A DNA stretch of 63,481 nt, the filler included, from Octopus bimaculoides (lineage: Eukaryota), in assembly GCF_001194135.2 (NCBI RefSeq). It is 6 parts of 6 records of this genome, joined end to end, with 100 filler letters (N's around TTAATTAATTAA, not from the genome) between each part and the next. Parts side by side here need not be neighbours in the genome. Positions count along the whole stretch, not along the records: positions 1 to 26,328 come from NC_068981.1; positions 26,429 to 47,880 come from NC_068989.1; 4 more parts are not named here. The stretch is one strand, 5' to 3'. The translations under genes and the position numbers were made by a program. Shown here piece by piece: positions 23,156 to 35,377 of this stretch (within the stretch, counting starts at the first letter, position 1; the number at the start of each line of letters is the position of its first letter). Below the pieces are notes generated by a model. The model was not told the DNA's origin, searched no databases, and saw only the letters and a list, made by a program, of their open reading frames with translations.

Positions 23156-24231
23156 CCTTCCTATCATTGTCAAGGACTCTATCACTGTATCTTAATACTT
23201 CTGTGTTAACTAATTTTTAACACCACAAAGGCTACACAAAGCCTTGCACTTTACTTTTGAAAATCAGTTTCAAAAAAATGTGAAACCGGTCAAGTCAATA
23301 AAACATCTTTAAAAGACCTGTGCATTATCAAATCCTCTTCCCTATATATATGTATGTATATATGTATGTCAGAGGTGAGTCATCAGCGTCACTCGGGATC
23401 ATCACAGATTTCGCATAAGACCCATGTATAAAAGAAGGTAAGAGACGTAATGCTTACCGCAGACTTATATGTGCACGGATAATTTAACAATAAAGCAGAA
23501 ATATAGTTTTAATGACTTTCTCCATTTCTAAGTTAAGATTAAAAATAAACCAACCCTGCAAACACAACTGAAATCTACACACAGACGCACAGAATAACAG
23601 TAGTCAAATAGTCAACAGACAGCGGAGTGCACAGCAAACATCAGCGATCTGACTGTCGTCTGTATTCTTGACAAGAGATGCCAGTTAGTCTTTTACACCT
23701 ACCAGGCTCGTCCGTATTAGCCCGAGTTGCTGGATAATTTTTCGTTCCTTTAAGAATATTATAGGACGGAAACTTTTCATAGAACAGAATTTAAATCCTG
23801 ATCTCTATAGAAACCTATTATTTCAAGAAAACTTTGAATTTGAATTACTTTTAATTTTTACGATTATGGCTAACGACTCGGGCAGTAACTTATGAGCCTG
23901 AGTCAGGTGCGTGTGAGCGATGTAGAGAGAACGTCTGTTACGAATGATATTTTTTGACACAGGATACCTCTAAGACGACCTCCAGACGCTGAACGAAAAT
24001 TAATGAACCGTGACCAGGCTCAATAAAAGGAGCCCGAGGTATTGGCTGCAATTACATATTTGAAGTCTGTGTTGGCACAAATTAAATCAGCAAATACAAG
24101 TTTACTTTACTAAATTTATACTCGGGCTAAGCCCGAACAGCCCGAGTGCCAAAGTCGCTACTGATGTATGTATGTATGTATGTATGTATGTATGTATGTA
24201 TGTATGTATGTATGTATGCATGTATGTATGG

Positions 24232-24752
24232 GAGAGCAGTGCATACCATCAAAGTGTCACTAGAGTAAAATATACGAAGCTCTATATACCCATCATGACT
24301 ACCCGCCTGATAAGGGTACACTAGGCACATACATCACAACTATATGTGCGTGACATGGTGATCTCATATCATGATAAACAGCACACGACCTTGCAGGTGG
24401 GGCCTAGTTAGAATTTTATTCAGGCTGAGTAGCCCATCCGCTCAAATGGTCCTTGAATAAGGGTTGTTTAAGGACGTTGAATGAAACACCCATGTTTCCA
24501 GAGGTGAATTATTCAAACTTCAAAGAATTCCTCTCAATACATGGCTATGATGCTCCTCCACTACTTCTGCTCGTGATCAGAGATACACATACCGTCAGAC
24601 ACCAAGGGACATGCTCAACTGGTTATGGTAAAAAAAAAACTGACTGGCAAATCTGTGGTATTGAGCAGAATATTTGTTGTAGCCTATCTTTTATACCAAG
24701 AAAAAACAATGTACATGATAACACTTCCAGTCAGTTAAGATCAGAAGCCATG
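24232..24752 (-). mobile_element. Interspersed repeat family D, copy 2 (longer)
   Basis: Reverse complement overlaps 4055-4415 and extends about 200 bp further. Flanked by (TATG)n on both sides. Confidence 0.8.
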
Positions 24753-24788
24753 TATGTATGTATGTATGTATGTATGTATGTATGTATG

Positions 24789-25206
24789 CAGATGCTATAT
24801 GGAGAACTTGTGAATGGAAGGAGACTCCGGCAGAAACCAAGGCTGCGATTTAAGTACTGTGTCAAGTCCTCATTAAAGGCATGTGATATGCAGGACACTG
24901 ACTGAGAGAACAATGCATGTCATCGCCACAGATGGAGGAAACAGGTTAAGGAGGGGATCGACACTTTTGAGAGAGCACATATCCAACATGAAGAACTTAA
25001 GCGAGCTGCGCGAAAGCGCACGGCTCGTATACTGAATGGGGAAAGCTTGGTCTGCAATGTTTGCAGTCGTATATGCTTGTCAAGAGCAGGGCTCATTTGC
25101 CACCAACTGAGCCGCAAATGCAAAATATAAGTTAGTCCTAGAACGCACAATGTTCCTGAAGGTCGGCAATGGTCTTCTTTGGTCACGAGTGGACGGCCAT
25201 CATCAC
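24789..25206 (+). mobile_element. RTE-clade LINE, 3' end
   Basis: MLYGELVNGRRLRQKPRLRFKYCVKSSLKACD...WRKQVKEGIDTFE...ELKRAARK...CNVCSRICLSRAGLICH (C-terminal C-x2-C-x3-C motif of RTEs), then a short 3' UTR ending GGCCATCATCA. Confidence 0.85.
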
Positions 25207-25322
25207 GTATGTATGTATGTATGTATGTATGTATGTATGTATGTATGTATGTACATACGTATGTATATATGTATGTACACAGATACTTATATAATACATA
25301 TATTCGTGCATACATACAAACA

Positions 25323-25365
<43 letters not shown>

Positions 25366-25375
25366 NNNNNNNNNN

Positions 25376-25417
<42 letters not shown>

Positions 25418-26134
25418 CTTATGTGGAATATAGTAATGCTGATTATAAATTATGTTTGTTGGTTATATCAGTTAAAATAATCAACTCCACACCAATGCAC
25501 TATTCTTTGGCGCTAAGTAACAATAACAACCACCATTCATCTGCTATATGTGCATTTAATCTAAAGTATGTGTGTGTGCTTGTGTGTGGTTCCGAATCTG
25601 TATGTGTTGCTTGTGTACATGTGTGGGTAAGAGCGTATATGCATATCTGTGTAATGACACAAACGTATTCATGCGTAAGCGTAACAATTACCTGAGGTCT
25701 CAAACTGTACTCTGTAACCTGTAAGCACGGTTGAACGATTAAGAAATTCACTTTGCAATCATTATATTTCGGATTTGATCTTCCTGTGTGGTAACTATTG
25801 CCAGTATCGTTTATTGTAAGTTGGGGGGTCGATACAAACTAATTGAGTGCAACTGGGGAATTGAGTAGAGGGAAATAATATGGGAGCCAGTCTGATGTAA
25901 TGAAACATAATTTCAAAAGGCTCAGTTATTTATACTGTGTCACGTCACACAGGTTTCCGCCTGAGGATTACATTAATCCTACAAGTGTCTTTAGAATATT
26001 AAGCCAGTAAGATAATAATTCAATGACACTAATTCAAATGATTAAACAGTAGCAATATTCATTGTAAAACTCGATGGAAGAGTCACTAACATTGTAATTG
26101 TCCGATGGATATATATATATCAATATGCATATAT

Positions 26135-26322
26135 ATATACCGGAGTAAGCACATAAAATGTGCAACAAGGTGGAAAAAAGAGTACTCAAATACCAGAGGT
26201 AGAGTAATATGCTTTATTTAAAAGCAGCAGAAATATAACAAAAGACTGTTACCTGTCCGATGAACGTGAACGTGAAACTCCGAGTAACAGTCTTTTGTTA
26301 TATTTCTGCTGCTTTTAAATAA
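26135..26322. mobile_element. Penelope-like pseudo-LTR fragments in inverted arrangement (39-bp perfect arms 26214-26252 / 26284-26322)
   Basis: Perfect inverted repeat TTATTTAAAAGCAGCAGAAATATAACAAAAGACTGTTAC enclosing a hammerhead core. Inverted pLTR tails are typical of PLEs. Confidence 0.65.
26253..26290 (+). ncRNA. Minimal type I hammerhead ribozyme motif
   Basis: CTGT-CCGATGA-ACG(TGAA)CGT-GAA-ACT(CCG)AGT-A-ACAG. Stems I, II and III all pair. The core has a U4-to-C variant. Predicted cleavage after A26286. Confidence 0.6.
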
Positions 26323-26372
26323 TGTATANNNNNNNNNNNNNNNNNNNNNNNNNNNNNNNNNNNNNNNNNNNN

Positions 26373-26384
26373 TTAATTAATTAA
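26373..26384. other. Artificial six-frame stop linker TTAATTAATTAA in a 100-bp gap (also 47925, 54564, 59185, 62397)
   Basis: Exactly 44 N + 12 nt + 44 N in all five cases. Confidence 0.97.
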
Positions 26385-26642
26385 NNNNNNNNNNNNNNNN
26401 NNNNNNNNNNNNNNNNNNNNNNNNNNNNATATATATGCATACATATATACATATAAGCATATATATATATATTTGTGTTGGCAAAATTAGTTAGTGTGTT
26501 ATTCTGTGCAGAGGACTAATTTCTAATGTTGCAGGAAGACCTGAGATCGATTACATTGTGTGCCGTAAGAGTGCTAGTAACGAATTCGTTATTATGTAGC
26601 GCAGACCAGAGCGGCGAGCTAGCAGAATCGTTAGCTCGCCAC

Positions 26643-26755
26643 AAGGCAGCGAGCTGGCAGAAACATTAGCACGCCGGGCGAAATGTTTAGCGGTATTTCG
26701 TCTGCTGCTACATTCTGAGTTCAAATTCCGTCGAGGTCGACTTTGCCTTTCATAC
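26643..26755 (+). mobile_element. SINE family B, 5' part (preceded by a duplicated head at about 26610-26640)
   Basis: AAGGCAGCGAGCTGGCAGAAAC..GAGTTCAAATTCC..GTCGACTTTGCCTTTCAT. Confidence 0.8.
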
Positions 26756-27135
26756 CTTTCTTCTCAAAGAATCCCCTTGTAAACACATTTATTGTTGCAA
26801 ACATCCGCAGAAACATACCTTTAGTTCCTATAATTGATTTGTACCATTCAATAAAATTCGACCGTTGTCTCCTTACATTGCACTTCCACTAAATATATCT
26901 ACTTCCATTCCTTTAAACTTTATTCTAATTCACCTATCGTTCTATATCTCTCCACTATTAGTTTTCTGCTGATTTCTTTCTTCCTCCTCCTCTTTCTATA
27001 AACTACCTTTGACGTTATATCTACCAACGGTTTGTTTTTTTTTAATTGATAGCGTTCCCTTCATCATATATGCCGTCATCACATTCCGTTAAAATGTCTT
27101 ATTGATGTGTTTGGTTTCTTTCTTTCCCTGATGGA

Positions 27136-27174
<39 letters not shown>

Positions 27175-27528
27175 CTTTATTGCCCACAAGGGGCTAAACA
27201 TAGAGGGGACAAACAAGGGATTAAGTCGATNNNNNNNNNNNNNNNNNNNNNNNNNNNNNNNNNNNNNNNNNNNNNNNNNNNNNNNNNNNNNNNNNNNNNN
27301 NNNNNNNNNNNNNNNNNNNNNNNNNNNNNNNNNNNNNNNNNNNNNNNNNNNNNNNNNNNNNNNNNNNNNNNNNNNNNNNNNNNNNNNNNNNNNNNNNNNN
27401 NNNNNNNNNNNNNNNNNNNNNNNNNNNNNNNNNNNNNNNNNNNNNNNNNNNNNNNNNNNNNNNNNNNNNNNNNNNNNNNNNNNNNNNNNNNNNNNNNNNN
27501 NNNNNNNNNNNNNNNNNNNNNNNNNNNN

Positions 27529-27905
27529 TTTACAATCGAAGTTGGATGTAGAGGGTTTGTAGGACACAGTGTGAGACGACTGCTGTTATCGTTAGGCCTA
27601 ACTCATCGTAAGGTAAATACCACCATGACCGATATCCAAAATACAGTGGAGAAGGCTAGCCACTGGATTTGGTTAAAAAGAGACGATGAGCGATGGCTAG
27701 AGAAATATTGAGCTTTGTTTTTAATTAACCAGTTGATCTAGCAAGCGGGGCCTCATATCAGTGAGGGGGGCCGGTGCGCATTGATGCCGTCGAGAGGTAG
27801 GCCCCGAAACGGCGCGCATTCTCTCCTGATGAGCCCATACACTTGCTGGCTTCCGGTATGCGGAGTTCTCGACTGGTAGCAACAGTTCTTAATAAAGAAA
27901 AAAAC
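27529..27905 (+). mobile_element. HERO-like RLE non-LTR retrotransposon, 3' end (ORF C-terminus to 27711 plus 3' UTR)
   Basis: Stop-free frame from the gap edge: FTIEVGCRGFVGHSVRRLLLSLGLTHRKVNTTMTDIQNTVEKASHWIWLKRDDERWLEKY*. EVGCRGF and E.AS.W.W.KR are HERO-type RLE C-terminal motifs. A GC-rich UTR ends in AATAAAG(A)7. Confidence 0.75.
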
Positions 27906-28413
27906 ATTGAGGAATACAATGGCCGTGATATACCAACTCACGGAATGTCGTGGTTGGAAAGCTTTTGATTATTTATTTACTCTTTCAGATGCTCATGGGT
28001 CTGCTCAATCACGTCAAATTAAGGGAACTTATGTGGTCACTAGACGTGCTAGAAATAACAATCAAATCTCACTCAAATCGCACTATTGTCATAAAAAAAG
28101 GATGCGGTCATAGTAGGAACGGTAACATAGCTAGACTAGCCGGAGGCTTAAACAAGCAATTGTTCTGTTTAAATCGGATTTGGGTTATTTCAGTGACGTT
28201 GGCCAGTAGTTGGAATGACTATTCATTTTAATTTAAAACCTCTTGACTTCAAACTATTTCACTAACCAGTGCTTGAAGCTAGTAGCTGAGTTGCTTCAAG
28301 TATTTTGTTGGCATTTTTATTGAAAATAAACTTGACTTTAGTGGAGATTAAACACGAAAGTGAAGGGCAAAAACTAGTGGAATGCATTTACTCTGCAGCA
28401 TTATTGTAGGTCA

Positions 28414-28796
28414 GTGGTAGCACAATGGCCCAGTGGATAGGGCAGCGGACTCGCGGTGATAGGATCGCGGTTTCGATTCCCAGACCGGGCGTTGTGAGTG
28501 TTTATTGAGCGAAAACACCTAAAGCTCCACCAGGCTCCGGCAGGGGATGGTGGCGAACCCTGCTGTACTCTTTCACCACAACTTTCTCTTACTTCCTGTT
28601 TCTGTTGTGCCTGTAATTCAAAGGGTCAGCCTTGTCACACTGTGTCACGCTGAATATCTCCGAGAACTACGTTAAGGGTACACGTGTCTGTGGAGTGCTC
28701 AGCCACTTGCACGTTAATTTCACGAGCAGGCTGTTCCGTTGATCGGATCGACTGGAACCCTCGACGTCGTAAGCGACGGAGTGCCAACAACAACAA
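28414..28796 (+). mobile_element. Full-length SINE family C with (CAA)n tail
   Basis: A box TGGCCCAGTGG and B box GGTTTCGATTCC. 11-bp TSD TATTGTAGGTC at 28402-28412 and 28797-28807. Confidence 0.92.
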
Positions 28797-28812
28797 TATT
28801 GTAGGTCTATAA

Positions 28813-29029
28813 TAGTCGTTCTCAACCATTTACTACCTACGGACCTCTTTGATTCCTATTTTACTCGAGTGAACCCTCATGGCCAATTGATGTTTAAAAT
28901 AAGATCTTATATTTTTAAGGGGTTGTATTAAAAAATTGTTAAGATAGTTCATGCATTGCAGGAGTATAAGCAACTTATTGTACATAAATGTTAATAAAAT
29001 CTTATATGGACCTCGGTTGAGAACCACTG
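28813..29029. mobile_element. hAT-type MITE
   Basis: TIRs TAGTCGTTCTCAACC / GGTTGAGAACCACTG. 8-bp TSD GTCTATAA at 28805-28812 and 29030-29037. Confidence 0.85.
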
Positions 29030-29286
29030 GTCTATAAAAGCTGGGTGAAGGGGGAATAACTTCCATTGTGCTGATGATTAGTGATCACGTCCTGATCAGG
29101 AATACATATGAACTAGAAATATATAAAAGTGTATATATGAATTATATAATATAGTTATGAGCTTATTGTATACAATGGTCAAGTACAGCGTAACTCGTCG
29201 AAAAATGTTAAAGAGGGGGGACAGAGAGCAGACATATAAGCCAACCAAAGGAAGACAGCAATAAGTACACAATAAAGCGATCTAGC

Positions 29287-29500
29287 AAAAACGTTAGCAC
29301 GCCGAGCGAAATGCTTAGCAGTATTTTGTTAGTCTTTATGTTCTGAGTCCAAATTCCGCAGAGGTCGACTTTGCCTTTCATACTTTCGGGGTTGATAGAT
29401 TAAGTACCAGTTGCGTACTGGCGTCGATCTAATTGACTGACACCCTCCCCAAAAAATTTCGGGCATTGTACCGAGAGTAAAAAAAGAATAAGTACACAAT
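29287..29500 (+). mobile_element. SINE family B, 5'-clipped
   Basis: CGTTAGCACGCCG..GAGGTCGACTTTGCCTTTCAT..AAGTACCAGTTGCGTACTGG. Confidence 0.8.
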
Positions 29501-29559
29501 AAAAAGTCAACATTAAAAACCATAAAATACAAGATTACTCGGCACATCAAGAGTAGTGT

Positions 29560-30700
29560 TAGCGAATTTTGAGAAGCATGGAATTTTCGAAGAAAGTAGT
29601 GTCCTGATATTTAATGGTCAGGGGTAGTTTATTCCATGCTTCAACAATACCGAGTGTGAAAAAAATGTTTCCGAAAACTGGGTGCTGTGCTGTTTTGTTT
29701 TGTTTTGTTTTTTTCTTTTTCTTTTTTAATATTGATTTTATATAACACTTCCTCCACAAGTAGGAGACGTTTTGAATTCAAAAACGTAACCAACGTTGTT
29801 TTTGAAAAGCTAGTGGATAATCTTGCCGGTTTCTATCAAGTCAGCCGCTAGATTTCGAAACTTTAGTGCGTTGATACACAGAGAAGCATTATGTTCAGAT
29901 GTGATAAGTGACTGACAGTGGCTATTCGTTTTGTTGCTTGTCTCTCTGAGTTTCCAGCAGATCGATATTCTGACAAGATGAGGGTTCTAGACCGGAGATG
30001 CAAAAGTATAGGCGTACTATAGCCATATATAGCTTTAAATAGATAACTGATGAATGGCTGACAAAAGTCCTCCTGAGTGATGCTGAGATACTTTCGGTCT
30101 TTTTAGTGATTTTAGAAACGTAGTTTGTCCAACGCAGATCAAAATTGATTTTATATAACACTTCCTCCACAAGTAGACGTTTTGAATTCAAAAACGTAAC
30201 CAACGTTGTTTTTGAAAAGCTAGTGGATAATCTTGCCTGTTTCTATCAAGTCAGCCGCTAGATTTCGAAACTTTAGTGCGTTGATACACAGAGAAGCATT
30301 ATGTTCAGATGTGATAAGTGACTGACAGTGGCTAGCAGACCTCATAAGGTTGGTGTTGTGAGGGAGTTGGTAAATCACAGGTTTTTACTCTCCCCGAATG
30401 TATAATAGTGCATGTCTGCAGCCAGCCTACTGCAATTTATTCTGGTCACATTGCAGGTATGATCTATAGCGTATAAGATCCGTTCTACTTATTTTAAAGT
30501 ACAGCTTAATGTCGTCTGCATATTTTAACGCAGCAACATGCTTCAAAGTTGGCGTGTTTCACTAATGTATATAGTAGGAGACCAAGAACAGATCCCTGTG
30601 AGACACCAGTTGTCGTTGCATACGGTACAGAATGTTGTCCTAGTAGCGTTCAGTGTTTTCATTTTTAAAGGTTGGGATTTGAAGATAATTTATCTATCTA
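29560..30700 (-). mobile_element. CR1-type LINE reverse transcriptase C-terminal remnant with internal duplication
   Basis: Minus strand: GVSQGSVLGLLL; KYADDIKLYF; LRWTNYVSKITKK...LRRTF...LY; IDLLE.QR; ADLIETGKII; VEAWNKLP. Confidence 0.75.
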
Positions 30701-33131
30701 TAAAGTAATGTTAGTGTTAAATGAATAAAGCGTGACCGTTGTCTTTGCAAAGAGGAAATAACTCCGAATTTAGTAACATTATTTTACTCCAGAATTGGGG
30801 TTTTTTTTTTTTTTTGAGCTTTTCCATTTTTTAAAAAATCTTTATTCAATGTACGCAGACATTATTACGGCAGCAAATGGAAAGTCCTTTGAAAAACCTT
30901 ATCAATAAGTCCATTCCTTTATGACGCTAAGATATACTTTGAATAAGATTTGACTGCTACTTCTAGCAAACCGAGGGATCACTTAACAGAATGCTTTAGT
31001 CGTCGTTTACAACAGCAAGTCGTTAGTTATACAAAGAGCATTGGACGACTACGCTCAGTGTCTTGGGTAAATATAATCTATTTCTTGGAAATTTTCCAAA
31101 ATTATGTGACTTGACATTGGTGTATCTCTAGATATCAAATACGTCGGTTATACCACCCTTGATAATCTAAAACAGTTACCTACGAGGTAAAATACCTGAC
31201 ACAGGAAAACAAACACCTTAACCACTCGGCCATTTCACATTTAATACAAGCAAAAAGGAACCTATGTAGTCAACTTCCTAGAACTAACAGTCAAATTTCA
31301 CCTTTCTTATATCATCTGTATAATTCATTAGATATATTCCTCTGGAAAATCTTGTTTCAGTCCGTTGGTAAAGCACGATGAAGAGACACTGATGTATCTT
31401 CTCCGGGGTGCAAGCCAAGAAGACCAAGAAGACATACCCATGTATGTCTTCTCTATCCATGACACTAATGTCGCCCAAGGGAAAAGCAGCAGCTGATACG
31501 GTTTGACGCATCGTATTTTCAAAACAAATGTTGAAGACAACACAGATCTGCCAGCTTCTGATTTGCAGTTGACTAAATCCATCTCAGCATTTGATTGGTA
31601 CTAACTCATACTTTATCGACTTCAGGAGAATGAAGAAGTTCACCTCGGCAGGGTTTAAACACAGAACGTCTAAACCAGAACAAATAGCTGAAGGCACCGT
31701 GGATTCTGAGATAGTATAATACAATTAAGATAGTCTGTCTAAAAAATATAAGTGCTGCGTTTGAAAAAACTATCTAAATTTTCCTTAATCACATAATTTG
31801 AATGGCTGCCATAGACTGTTGCAGTCATCACCTGTCACCCTAAGAGATGATGTAAATTTCTTCCTTCTTTATGTTGACACATTTAAGATGACTATGAAGA
31901 CCTGAGTATGGCAATAAGTCTTTCACCAGTTTTGTTAGTGCTGGAAACGTGATTATTTATTTTTAATCCACACCCTCACAGAATGACTTGAAAATGGTTT
32001 GATGCTATGTTTTCCTATGATTATTCCAGTGTATACTTCATGGACATATCTTTTGCAGAATTTCCTATATCTCAAGATGATCATGTAATAATATCCTTGG
32101 GTAAGCAACTTCTGTGTAAGCAGTGTTACATAGTGACACACTGTGCATTGCAAATCCTATCTGACATGCAAGCAAGTGGACGATAAAACTACGATGATGG
32201 ACTTTCACATATGCCTGGCATTGTCTTCCCTCAAAAGATTCTTAGTGACCAACTTGAATGTGTAAATTGTGAGTTAAATTATAAAAGCTTGTCTATATAA
32301 GTATGCCATGTAGGTGGACTGAAGCCAAAACAAACCATTCACTTTGTTTTTCCTTGTTTACTGCCTAACAACCTTGACCTAATATCGAAATGGTTAGTTT
32401 TTCTCCATTTTTTTTTTATTGGGGTTTTAAACTATTATTTCTGTGCCGTTCCTGTCACTATTACAATGGCCCCTCACTCAACATTAGAAATGTTACCCAA
32501 ATTTCTCTCCAGACTTAACCCACTGGATTCCTCTCTTAATTTCCTACAAATATTTACAGATGCTTATAACCTAAGTAAAGAGCCTGCAGGCAACCCCACT
32601 TCTTAATATGAAGCATTTAAGTGTAACTATATACTAAGGACTGATGAAAAGAAATCTATCCTTTATTGATTTTATGTAGCTATTAAGAACTATACATTGC
32701 ATACTGTGACAATGAGAACACCTTTGGAAACATTTTATGAACCAACAAATAGACGAGGGTTTACTCAGCAGAAAACTAACCAAGACTCAATCACTTCATC
32801 TTACTGTTGAAAATTTTCAGTTGTCTCCCTTGCATCAAATCTCAACTGATCGCTAAGCCAGCTTCGTATGATGAGCAACTTAATTTTAAATATCTCAGAT
32901 CGAATTTGCTCACAAATTAATAATAGTATATGCATGCTCCTTACATTAAACCCGATGTTAGTTGACTTAACCAATTCCAATCATTTTTAATTTTGACCGT
33001 TTTCATTAACAATGACAACTGCTGTTGAATGAACCAAGGAGTATATTCTCATTACATTTCTGCCACGTTACGAAATCGTAACCAGCATAATTTAATGAAA
33101 AGTCATACAAAACAATATAAGGATCTTATAT

Positions 33132-33137
33132 TTTAAT
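33132..33137 (-). other. Candidate polyadenylation signal ATTAAA for alpha-tubulin (alternative AATAAA at 32662-32667)
   Basis: Hexamers 60 nt and about 530 nt downstream of the stop. The region is AT-rich, so the evidence is weak. Confidence 0.25.
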
Positions 33138-33195
33138 TTTTGAAGACCACATTAATTTTTGCATATATCGTTACATTTTATCATTGAGCAAGATA

Positions 33196-34641
<1,446 letters not shown>

Positions 34642-35180
34642 TCATTGCAATAAACCAGTCTGTAGACATGTACTAAACGATATTGTAATATAACAAACAC
34701 ATAATTTAAGAGTAAGAAATTTGGTAACTTGAAACATTAACTACCTAACACAACCCGTGTCACCAGATCCTACTAACCACAATATTGTTGGTTTTTAAGT
34801 TGGTTTTTAACTTGTCCAGCTTTTCAATAAGATTAGCGACAGGGGGACATCCATCCGTAAAAATACTGCCTCAAATAAAGGCGTACAATGCGTGTTAGCA
34901 TGGAAAAGTGTTTCTCAGACTGACAAATACAACACAGTCCAACCTAAATATGAGCAAAATCCGGCACCTACTGAAAGAGTTTGTCCAATACAATGTGGAC
35001 AAAATAAGGTTTTAAACAATCTCGTATAAAATTTTTGATTTTATCTAAGACAGTACAGTGAAATTTATGCAACTTGGTTGCTGTTAAACCTGCTCGACCA
35101 TTATAAGGGTAACCAAGGCGAGCAGCGCCGGAAAAGATTGCAGATAATCAAAGGACCATGCGAATGAATTCCCCAACCTT

Positions 35181-35377
35181 GGTACTACTTAAAAGGAGTG
35201 GACCCGACATGCGCACCCTCGCTAATTCCCACCCACCCCCATTTACAGTTAACACGTATTTATACATGTGAAGGGTTTCTTTTTTTATTGCTGGTGTCAC
35301 TGACTTGAGCGTGTGCGTGCATCAGTGTACTGACAACGCGGGTGCGCGCGTCGGGTCCACTCTTTTTAAGTAGTACC
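35181..35377. repeat. Inverted repeat in tubulin intron 1 (38-bp arms 35181-35218 / 35340-35377, 3 mismatches)
   Basis: GGTACTACTTAAAAGGAGTGGACCCGACATGCGCACCC vs GGGTGCGCGCGTCGGGTCCACTCTTTTTAAGTAGTACC. Confidence 0.9.

Noticed and set aside
26373-26384. Recurrent palindrome TTAATTAATTAA (5 sites)
   Set aside because: It is always centred in 44N+12+44N, so it is an artificial stop linker.
28414-28490. tRNA gene (also 11340-11415 and 7833-7900)
   Set aside because: A and B boxes are present, but they continue into a multi-copy SINE body with a tail and TSDs, and there is no proper acceptor stem.
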